Assembly (NCBI GenBank): GCA_001938485.1
Contig: MQRK01229265.1
Span: forward strand, 1-64,000
Length of the DNA: 64,000 nt
Reading direction: 5' to 3'
DNA from: Girardia tigrina
Taxonomy: Eukaryota
Part shown: in pieces, positions 25,801 to 38,303 of the stretch
Layout of the letters: the number at the start of each line of letters is the position of its first letter
Numbering within the stretch: the stretch's first letter is position 1
Made by a program: the position numbers and the translations under genes
The notes under the pieces: model-generated
Database searches by the model: none
The model's input: the letters and a program-made list of their open reading frames with translations, nothing else
Told to the model about the DNA's origin: nothing

Positions 25801-28800
25801 CTGTACCCATCAATGCATCTGTCATGGCCTTTCCAGTTCCTGACGAAGGCTTAGGAATATAGAGTAGTTGTTCGATGCCAGATCCTGAAACAATGATTGG
25901 AAGGAGATCAACTTTTGCATGACCCGTTACATCTTTCATAAGCTTCCCATCCCAGTGAAGATAAAAACGAAAGGTAAGCCGATAAACATCAAACCAAGGA
26001 GATAACCGGAGCATTTACAAATCTAAGTTATATGTCTCTTTTTATTGTGATAACATTTCTATGATTTATTCCTTTCTACTTCTATTTCACAATTATTAAT
26101 AAAATTCTTTAATAAAAAAAGTATTTGTTATTTAGATTAATTAACACAAGAAAATTTATTCATTTTATTTAATTATTAAAACTTTTTCATTATATTGACT
26201 ACTTATAATATTTATGTACTTTACAATAGTTATTATTAATTTTTTTTAATTATGAAAAGGTTTTATATTAAAATTAAAATTAAAAAAAAATCATTTGACA
26301 TTCATCCACTTTTACATTTAATTAAATTGCAAAAAAATATTGACTTAATTAAAAAAAGATTACAAAATGTAATTAAAAAAACTGACGGATGTGCAAACAA
26401 ATTATCAATTGTTTCCTACTTTATTTTTTTATTTATTTTAAATAGAATTTTTCCCTTTTATTTACTGAAACCTCATTTATTTTTGTGTATTTTTTCTTAT
26501 ATTTAGAAATTAAAGATTGAAATTATTTTCAAATAATAATTTTCGAAAATTGTAAGACTAAATATTAATAAAATTTTGAAATAAAAATAACTTTTAAAGA
26601 AAGAATGTATTATTAATATGATAAAATTTGTGTTCATAATTCGGAATTTTGTGCTTTTTTCTTGAAAATTTGTTAATCATTTAAAAAATGTGTTAATAAT
26701 GTAAATAGTTGTATAATATTTGTTGTATAAAAATTGGCAATTGCCCTTTCCTATTCAAATGTAGAGTTATTTATACAAATATTTCTGTCGAAATATATTT
26801 CTTTGATTTTAAAAAAAATAACTTACATAATATTAAATATTATAAATATTATTGAAATCATTAGTTATTAATTTTAATTAATCATATTATGTTAATTATT
26901 ATTTTTTATAACAATTGAAATAAACAATTGATAAAATTAATAGAAAAATTTGTAAGACTCAAATTTTAAAAAACGATATTTTATGTTGAATTTTTAAATA
27001 ACCGACCTTAGTTTTTATCATAATAATTTTCAAATATCTTTTATTTATTGTAAGGACAAAAATGTAACAACATTATATAATTATATATATTTATACAAAA
27101 TCATATAGTGTATATACAGTGGTGAGATTCAGCCGGTTCGCACAGGTTCGGTACAACCGGTTCTTAAATTTTTTTGAGTTCAGCGAACTGGTTACTAACA
27201 AGTTAAAATTTAAAAATAACCGACAAACGTAACTTATTGTAAACAAAAATTATGCATTTTTTTAAAATTAATTAATGTACAGTTTCGTTATCAGTAAAAT
27301 AACGAAAAGATTTGATCTGATATTATTGTTATTTGTTACGTAAATGTGGGTAATTTAGATTTTTATTGCACCAATTAAATGATGTAGTTGTGTAGTGTTT
27401 ACATCATCTATGAGTTACTTTGATGATCCGCTTCATTTAAATAAGTCTATTCTACATTATATTACATTGCCTTTTTATAACAAGATGTAATTTGTACACA
27501 CAACATTGTGGAAATGCAATGTATGATGTATGCATTTGTGAGATTCAACCGGTTTGCACCGGTTCGGTAGAACCGGTTCTTAAGTTATTTGAATCCAACC
27601 ACTATATACAGGGTGTCCCAAAAATATGTATACACATTAAAAATTTAATTTCGAAGTTAAGCCTGCATGCCATTCCTATGATAGGGACTGAATCTACAAA
27701 AAACCTTTTTATGTTAAAAAAACTATTTATATTAAATATAATGAAAGTTAAACATAAATAAAATTCAATATAATTAAATTTTTAATGTGTATACACATTT
27801 TTGGGACACCCTGTATATACATATATATATATATACATATATACATATTATTATTATTATTTTTTTACTTCTTTTATTCTTTCTCGTGATAAGCCACCGA
27901 AGGGTCTTCATTAAGAAACTGCTTCAGAAAACAAAAATTGAGTAAATAATTTAGTTTCCTGAAGAAATTTAGTTTTCCTACTTTTCAAATCTTGAGCATC
28001 ACCTTCCATAATGCAACCCTCTAAATTAGTGCCTGGATTCCAAATTGCGTTAATTTTGTTGTCAAATTGATTGAGAATACTTTCAGCAATTTCTTATCTT
28101 ATACCTTCGTCAAATTTTACAATCACATCAAATCGTATTTCAAAAACTTCACCCAATCAGGTATCTTAAGTATAGTAAGTCTCCATTTTTTTCCATAAAC
28201 GGTGTGATCCATTTCATGAGCGAGCAATCAACATTTCTGACCTTTGTCAGAATTCAATGACTATGATGAACCGCCTTTATGATTATCTTCTGAACCGAAT
28301 TTTTTATTATCACTCTTCAATTGTTTAGTTTCATTGAAAAAATATACATAAAACCATAAATTAAAAATTAAAGAAAACCAGTATTAGTATAAGATTCTAA
28401 ACTACGAATTTGAAAACCTAGGACAATAAAATAATCAATTAAAAATAATTTCAAAATAAAAATTTACTGGGGCAACGAAGCTTGAGTCGAATTCCCAGAA
28501 ATTTATTACTCCTGGAAATCAATTAATAAAGTATTGTCTCTCTTGTAATGATATTCATTGTCATTTAACGTATCCGGTAACCGTTAATTCGCCGAAATTG
28601 AAAAAAAACCTCATTTTCACCGAAAAGAAAAATTTAACACTAAATAAATAGTTTTCCGCGCTACTAAATCGGGAAGAATTTCAAAATATTCGCCTATAAC
28701 AGGGCTTCCCAACCTTTTTCCGCTGTGAACCCCCAAACAAAACTATTTTTCGCTATGGACCTCCGGCGTTGATTTAGGTAAGATTTTTAGTGTTTATGCA

Positions 28801-31096
28801 TTTAATTTCTAAAAATAAAAAATATAAAAAAACAAAAAACCTTATTCATTTTTATTAAGCACATTAAATCAGCAAAAAATTTTATTCGAATTGAACAAGC
28901 TGTCTTATAGACAAAAGTATTAGTGAGAGCCTTGTGGCTGTTTATTACTTACAAGAGCAGAGATCCGTGGTTGCAAGTTACTTAGACGGAGCATCATCTC
29001 TGTATTATCATTCAAGTGCAAGCTCCTTCGTTTTTTTTTGCGAATGAAGGAAACGTTTTAAATCATTGACTTTTTGAATTCCTGAATTTTTGAATAACAA
29101 TTTTTATAAATGTAATTCATAATTTTGCTATGGACCCCCTTAATCACACTGTGGACCCCTGGGATTCCACCTGGACCCCGTTGGGAAGCCCTGGTCTATA
29201 GAAATAAATTCGAGATATATTAACTTAACCGGCCGACAAGAAAACGGTTTTTCGACAAAAACGTGAAATTGAGTGATGCATTTACCTTTATACTTGGTTT
29301 TATCGATGAAAAAAATTTAAATGCCATGTTATCCGAATTTTTAGCTAGCTGTAACAACACTTATCATTATGAAAACTGATAAAAAGCATGGAAAACTGAT
29401 AGCGACAATTAAACTTTACAATAATAAAAATCCTTCTTTTTTGTTTTTCCTTTTTTCATTAGTTTCTGTCTTTTTATTTAGTGTTGATTTTTTTCGGCGA
29501 CATTGCTGTTTTTTTCAATTACGGCTGAAAAGCGTTTTTTTTCCGACCGGCGAAAAAACGGCGAGCCATTAATTGAACGAATAATAATAAATCAATTCAT
29601 AAAGTACTGTCTCACTTGTAATGATATTCATTGTCGTTTAACGTATCAAATTGTCCAAGACCCACATAATCTTTAATCATGATAACCATTATTATCACTT
29701 ACATTGATCTTTCCGATCATTATATTCATAAAAATCTTAGCAGATTCGTTCTTTTGAGAACAATATAATAACAATAATAATAAATGAAATAGATAAATTT
29801 TCCATTATTAAAATGTTATTCCATAAAATATTTATCAACTTGAAATATATCAAGATTGTCATTCATAAAATATAAACTCCATAAATAAATTTCCTCAGGA
29901 AATTTTTAAAGACTTAATAGTACGAAATGAATTAAATAACTATAATACAAGATAAAGTTTATTATTTTTTCGAATTACTTCTTTGGGAGGTCGAATATAA
30001 ACCATTGCTAAATATAATTTCCCCCATTATTTCATATTTTAAATTCCCAAATAATAATTTAATAGTTATTAAATGGAAAAATACCAATTTTAATGCTAAT
30101 TTTACAAAATTTACGCTAATTTTACAATTTTTACGCACATTTTTTACAATTTTTTTACGCTAAATGGAAAATACAATAAAAAACTATTAAAAAACATATA
30201 TTGATAAAAAATTATAATATTTTTTATTCATTTTTCATTTCTTGTCTTCTTTTTGTACCAAAATATTTCCAATTCCGAAGTATTACGAATGATTTGAAGC
30301 TTTTCTTTTTTGCCTTTTTCGTTATCGGTTCAATAACAAGATTCAATTTCTTTTTCAAATACAATACGTATCAGACATGCTGACTCTGTTTAAGCCTTGA
30401 TATCTTTAATTTTTTCAACAAATTGATTTTTAACCGCTAGAGTCATCGAATATAGATTCATGTCCATTTTCAAAATTATATTGTATTACAACTGAGACGG
30501 ATAGACTAACAATCTTCCTCATTTTCTTGGTAGATGCAGCATTTTGGTAACAATAAGTATATGTCGTCATCATCTTGCTATATTTTTTATCTCTCTGCAT
30601 CCATATTCGTCTTTCATCATTATAACCAACTCCTTCATTTGATTTTCATTGGTTTACCGTTCGTTTCTTAATTTCTTTCGTATTATTATTGTTATCCATT
30701 TATAGATAAATTTTAATCAATTTTTAATATTGTTAATAAATTTAAAAAACGAATTAATAAAAATATCACCAATTTAATATATATAATCTATAAATTTTTA
30801 TTATTTTAAAAAATTGAAAAGAAAGTTGAATTATATTTAGTGTAAGAAATTGTAAAAAATAGTATAATAACTGCTAAAGTTAACTTAAAAAATTAGCGTT
30901 CAAATTGTTAAATTAGAGTAAAAATTTGCATTTTTTTAAAATTTTCAATTTAGCGTAAAAATTGTAAAAAAATGTGGGTAAAAATTGTAAAATTAGCGTA
31001 AATTTGTAAAATTAACGTTTGAATTGTAGTACACCCATTATTAAATTATTATATTTTTAAACATGATAAAAATAATTATTATTATTGTTTTTGTTG

Positions 31097-31130
<34 letters not shown>

Positions 31131-34100
31131 AGTTAAAGCAGAATTTAAACCATTTGAATTAAAGAATATATTTTCATAATTTTTATAAGTATAATTTTTG
31201 ATATTTATCAGTGTTTTCCATATGTCATTTCAGTTCGATTAGGCTTTTATTAAAATATTTTTTATCAATATTTCAATTTTGAATTATAAAAGCGTATTTT
31301 AGATAAATAATATAATCATTTTCTATGATGAATCATCGTTAAATTGGGTTGTTTCGTCGATTTTTTATCGATTTTATCGATTAATTGCTGTAATTATATT
31401 TGATGCGACAAATGTTTGAATAATTACATATGATCTCTATCGATTTATTTTCGGTTTTCCTTTAGTATTTTAGTTATACCGAACGATATCGTAGTGCAAT
31501 TTTGCAAAAGTTTATTAGCATAAAAGATTTTGGATTTCTAAATTCTTATTATTATTTTTATATTTGATAAAAATCTTAAGGATATTATATAGTAAAGATT
31601 AAATAATCTTATCAAGCAATAATTTTGGAGGAGTTTCCAGTACCATCTTCAGACAAATGTAACATTATTTTTGTAATTTGTTTTCGAAATTAATAATTAT
31701 TAAATCCATAATGTCATTAGATCATATGCGAAAACGTGTAGTGATAAGGTGTGAAGGTTGAATATTAATTTTTAGATCCATTTATCTTATAATTAAGGCA
31801 TCGCACATTACTTAATGATTATTTAATTAAATTTCAGATAATTTTAAGATTAATATCTTCTATTATTTACAATTTAAATTATGTTCAGCAATATTGGTGA
31901 GATTATTCAGATCTCTTTGCTCTTTTATTCGTTCAGAAAAATGCCTGGAAATCTCTCCACTGTAAGAGGCATTTAGTTTTTTATTCTGTTAAAAAATCAT
32001 ATGTATTTATAAACGAGAACCGAATACTAACCGAGCGGCGTGTAAAAGGATTCATTACTATACACATTACGTATTTTTATAAAATTAAGAAATATTTTTT
32101 AAGTTCATTGCATTTTTAAAAACATTCTTGGCTTGAAGGTTTGTAATCCATCCTATATTCAAACTTCTTTTTTTCTAGTAATTTTATTATCCTAAACTCT
32201 ATCTTCTTTGCTAATCACCTTCAAATAAAACCTAATGTCATTATTGATTGAATACTCATTACCTTAATATTATGTTTACCAAAAAGTTCTAATTCACCAT
32301 AGAAAAAAATATATTTTGTTGAAAAATTTTATATGCACAATGAAAACTAGTCATCGAACTACAGGTCATCATTGTCCACAATCAGAGTTTAGCAATACAG
32401 TTAGGAGGTGATGACCCGACCATTCGAAACCAATTCAAAGTGTACAATTCCTTAAAAATTCCACCAGTCGCAAATAATGATCTTCTTTTCTAATCTATTG
32501 TATTTCGTAACTGGCGGCATTAATTGACCCTTCTGAACTCAAATCCTGTCCCGATTGTGGTTGACAAGGTTCACCAACTTTTCATCTGATGTGACAATCT
32601 TTTTCCAAAAACGATCATCGGACGGATTATTGAGCAAGTCATGACCAATTTCTAGTCTGTTGGTGGCTTGAGCTGAAGTTAACTCATGTAAATAAAGTCT
32701 TAGCATCTTATGCATAAACATCAATTGGTGCAAGTGACTTAACATAAATTTCTTTTACCAGTTTACGACTACTATAAAAAGGTATGTCAGACAGAGTGGT
32801 TTGCAAATCTCTAGAGTCAACTATTGTTGGTCGGCCTGAAAGGGACTGTTCCTTTAGTCTCATGTCACCAGATGTAAATCGTTTGCACTATCTTGCAATT
32901 TTAGCACGACTGGATTTTCCATGACCTTCAGCAACACATATGTCTTTTTGCAGCATCTCTAGTTTACAACTTGCACTTCCAGCAGTATCAGATCAAAACT
33001 TGATGCTCTTTTTTGTCAATTTCTATCTTTATGTTAGGTTTTTTGAAAGATTCGATCGGTATTCAGAAAAAATATTTAAAATATATTATTTGTTATGAAA
33101 ATCGTAAATTTAGGTGGTGTTATGAATATACAATAAAATGATATTTTGCTGATTGATTATAGGATTAAACTTGTTAAATTGAATACTGGAGGAGGAGACT
33201 TCTTCAGTAGCGGTAAGTGAGGTAAAATTGAAAAATGAAAATAAAAACAGTAAAAAATATTTTCTTGATTGATTATGAGATTAATAAATAAAAAAGAAAA
33301 TATTTCTTTTTTGGGAAAACTTCAGTTTGAAAAAAACTTTTAATATTGTATAAACGAATACAGATTATTCAACAAAAATAGAAATGTTTTCATCTTCTTG
33401 AATGACTAGAAACCAGGAATTTGTATTTACAAAGAATATAGATTTTTCTTTTCTGATACCGACTCTAATTTTTAAATAATCATTTTAAAAATTCAACAAC
33501 AACTACTAAATTATTACATTTTTTGTCTGTAGAAATATGGTCACTTAACAGACTGATAAATGACCCTTACGTTATACTTGAATTGCTCTAGTTTTAACAT
33601 TCATATTCTTATACTACCTTTCTTATGAAATGCTCTTTTAACGTGATATAAATTTGAATTTTTTTGACATTCTTCTTAACAATTAAAATGTTAAAGATAT
33701 TGCGTGTCAAATATTTTACTTTGCATTATTCTCGACCCCTAAAAATGGGAATTTCTTCAGCTGGTCGTCTGAAAATCAAAATTTTTAAATATTTAAGCTC
33801 ATTTAAATATGTGTAAGTATATATATGAAATGTAATGTAAATATTTAACTATTTTTACGTATACTTTTTTTTACTTTTGTTTTTAAAAAATAATATTTTC
33901 ACAACTATTTTTGTACAAAAGAAATTATCGAAAATTTGAACGTCACTGTTAAAATTTAAATTAATTTATTATATTTATATTTGAATTTAATCTCCTCTCC
34001 TTTAAAAAAAACAATCAATTTCGAGAATTTTCATGTCTGAATTACAATCAATTATTTTTGCCTTTTTTGTTATTACTACCTTGTGATAAATAAAACCCGA

Positions 34101-37100
34101 ATCCGAACAGCAAACGCAATAACGATATATTTTTGAGTTTCACCACAAACAATTACTCGATTCCGAAATGCGCTCTGACTTTCAATTAATCAACCAACAA
34201 AAAATTCGTTCGATACGTTTAATGTCAATTCTAATCAATCATTTTCAGTATTACACGCTCCCGTGATGCCATCATTATCGATTTCAAATCCTCGAACCAT
34301 GCGGGAGAACGACTTTGAATCAGAACTCGGCAAACCTGTCTTTTCTACATTTGAAGCCTCATTGCTTGCTAGTTGTAAACTGTCTCTACCTACCTCAGCC
34401 GCATCAATTTCAACTGATTCCGATCTCAATGGCACCCGTCTCAAAACAGCAACGTGGGTGTGATTTCCATCTATGTCGACAGATTTCTTACAGTTGACTC
34501 GACAGCACCCCCTTATTCCGATGCGTCGAGTATTGTGCACCACCCAGCTTCACAAACACTTGATCTCCAGGCAAGAATTCCGTTCCACACTGTTGCACAT
34601 CCAGTGATTTCATCATTGGAAACCGCCATTCGTACGAGAAAATCTAGTTGCTTGAAACAAAATCACCGCTCAAATCTCATTTTGGAATCAGATTATAATA
34701 ATATACCACATCTAACATATCCCCTCCAGATCACTCCGCCATCCGTTTAATAGTGCGATTGTTTCTCTCAATAGCACTGTAGTGTTCACTAAATCTTATC
34801 AGCAGCAGCAACCAATTAAGAGTTTTTCTAGGTTATAATTTAATTTTTGATTTTAATTTTAGTTTAATTTAGTTTAATTTTTGATTTTATAATTATTTAA
34901 AATGTCTTAATTGGATTTGCGATCCCTGAAATTTTAGAGCTGGAGGAATCCAGACGTACATTAAAAAATAATAAAAATAAAAAGAAAAGACATTTGTTTA
35001 TCCGGGCTACGATTTTAATTGGCAATATTGTTTAATGGAAATAAAGTTTCGATATTTAATGTTGTTTTAATAATCAACATACTTCGGAATTTTGAATCGA
35101 TACATCATTATTGTATTATCATAACGTAATATGATATTTTGAAAGAATTCAAACGCATTTCTGTTCCATTGAAATTTAAAGATAATATCGATAATCTTCT
35201 CAAATCGGAAAATCCTCCGATAATTTCATGCAAAAATCGCGGACTGAATTTCGATCCTACAAACCCCAAACTAAAGTGGGACAATCGATATTTGATTAAT
35301 TCAATCTCAAAATTGCCGGCATGGGACTTTACGAAATGTACGTTTTCGGATTTGGGTTAGAGTACCTATGTTGTAAATGCCTTCAAAAAAATTGGTTCGT
35401 GTGTTCGACGAACATTTAAATCCTCGTTGGACTAAATACGATTTTGGGTGGTAAAATCTGCGGCATGATATACGCAGCCGGTCTGAGGCTTGGAGACAGT
35501 CTCGTTGTGTTCATGCCGAGAATGAGTTCTCTCATCAGTGTCTCCTATGATACGCACTTCCATTTGTACAAGATCAGTGACCCTGGTCACGTCAAACACC
35601 AATTACTGAAGCGCGATATGCACATCGGTACCGCACTGTCATATTGCACGCTAAGGCAAACAAAGGTTACAGTTTGCTGTCACTCTAATCCATAGTCCCA
35701 TACATCTTTTTGACTGAAAAACATGTTCTATTCACTCTGAAATGATGCATAAAATGGACGACTTCCACATCTTCGATAGAAGGCATGCTCCCATCACTAA
35801 CTGGGATTGAACAATGTGCCTACTTGAACCAACTAGAAGGAATTTTGATGTAGATTTGTTTTCAAAAGATTTCACCAAGAAAATCGTCAAAGTCGGATTA
35901 CTTTCTTTTATCTGTTGTTCCAACAGGAATAGTCGCCTCCTAAGCAACATCTCAGACAATCCATGCACCTGTACCCGCTTGTCACTTGAAATTATTAAAT
36001 GTTGCAGAATCGCAAATTATATCCACCGCAGTTACATTTCACGCCAGGGCCATATTGACTTCCTTCAACACCGCTTCTATTTCTTCCAGACTTAATTAAT
36101 ATGGCAAACATCATTTTTCTTCCGTAACCAGCAATTATCTTCTACAATGATGTGATTCTCCTCCAAACATATACATATTGCGAGGGTACTGGAACCACAA
36201 CATGCACGACCAGTTTAAGCTTCGAAATACTCCATACTCCGCCAACCGGATTACATTCATTCAAACGCTTCTGGATATTCATCAAAATTCCAGCACTTGT
36301 TTCATCTATCGGCTCAATATCCGCCAATCTCCAATGACATAATTCACCGAATGCAGTAACTCAATCGGTGCAGAACACCCTTTCTAATGCGCAATTGATC
36401 TCCATATACTCTTTTTTCACTCCATTTGCAAGGCCGTCATACAAGATCAATGTTCCACCAGATTGGAAAGAAAAATCAGCGTCAAAGATTCCGAGTTCTC
36501 AAACTTCTGGAGATGGGCCACCAAATCGAACTTGGAAATGCACTCCGAGAAGGGGCCGGTACCGTCATACCGACTGATAACACCCCCCAATTTTATCATC
36601 ATAGTCTGCCACAATAGCTTTTGATAAATAAAACACGAATCCGAATAGCAAACTCAATAACGACATATTAGTGAGTTTCACCACAAACAGTTACACGATT
36701 CCAAAATGCAAGTTAACTTTCAATTATTCAAACAACAACAAATTCGTTTGAAACGTTTATAGTCAATTCTTATCAATCATTATCAGTATCACATACCTTG
36801 TATATATTTTGATATGATATAATTAAAATTATATTAAATTATAATTATAATAAAATTATAATAAATTATAATTATAATAAATTAATTAAAAAGAAAAATT
36901 AAAATATGAAATAAATAATTAAATATTTTTTTATTACTTGAAGATTGTTCATTTTGTTTTTAAAATGAACAAAGAAGTTCATTTAAATGAAGCAATGACT
37001 CATCGAGGCATTAATACTTCTAGTAATCGATTGCCGGTAGAGTATGTGTGTTCAATGATGGGGTACAAGTGTCGTTCGTAAAGTTTTTTGTTAACTGAAT

Positions 37101-38253
37101 CTGATTGGCTAGTCAATCAGAGCGAGCTATTGGTTCAAGTGAAATTTATTTTTCACAATTAATTCTATTTATGACTTTATGAGCTATGATTTTCTGTTCT
37201 GAATATTTATGATTTATGAATATTTTTAGTTTCCGATTTATTTTAACTTTTTTCTGAATGTAATATTGAAACAAAATATTGAAAACGAAAAATTCGATTC
37301 TGAATTTTATCGATTGTAATTGAGAGCAAGGTTTTCTGACGATAAAGAGAGTTTAATTCTGTATATAACGATTAAAATTTTGTGATAAAGGCGAAAATAT
37401 TATTTTGAATAAAAATATTATTTGAAATAATTTTATTCTTTGAATATTTGATTGAGAGATAACATTTTTCGGTGTGGGCTTTTTTCCGCGTTAGTTTTTT
37501 ACCGTGTTGGCATTTTTTTAGAGAACGATCCAATAATTATGACACATTTTCTTCAATTAATGATAAAGAATGAATGTAATAATAATTCTTTATAATCTAT
37601 TGGTTTTACCTACCATTTAATATTTTTATTATAATGAAGCCACAACTTCATACCATTCTCAAATCCATCTGCGAATCAGAAATTATTAAATATAACTCTT
37701 ACGAAAAAACCGTTTTCCTACATTATATTCTTTAGTATATCCATATTTAATAATTATGAAATGGTCTTTAATACAACGCAAACTATACGTGCGAATATAC
37801 AGTAAACAACTAATTTGATTTGATAATCTTATTAGACTATCTATTTGAATATCTCTGTATATTTATTAAGTTGTTTCCTCTTAACATGAAGAATAAAAGA
37901 AAGTTTTAAATAAAGTTTTCGATAAAGGAGCAAAAGTGCAATGACTAATATGAAATTTGCGTCCTCCTAAGGATAATTTTCAAATTTAGGTGATACAATA
38001 TGTTCTAATGACAATTTGTAAATTAAAATATTGACTTGTTTATCTTATGCTATATCTCGCAATGCGTTTTTGGCCTAATTTATTTATTTTTTCTGTTTAC
38101 AATTTTGAAATACATGACAACTAAAAAGTAATTATTTATAAAATCTCATAAACTTTGAAGCTTCTATATGTTATACAATGATTATTCTTCTAAATTTCAT
38201 TCAATGATTCAGGAAACAAAATTTAGTGTAGTTGTGATACTTTTATTTTGTTG

Positions 38254-38303
<50 letters not shown>

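Noticed and set aside
31625-31660. Minus-strand CTGAAGA...GAAA hammerhead-like core (similar case at 12221)
   Set aside because: Stems I-III do not pair.
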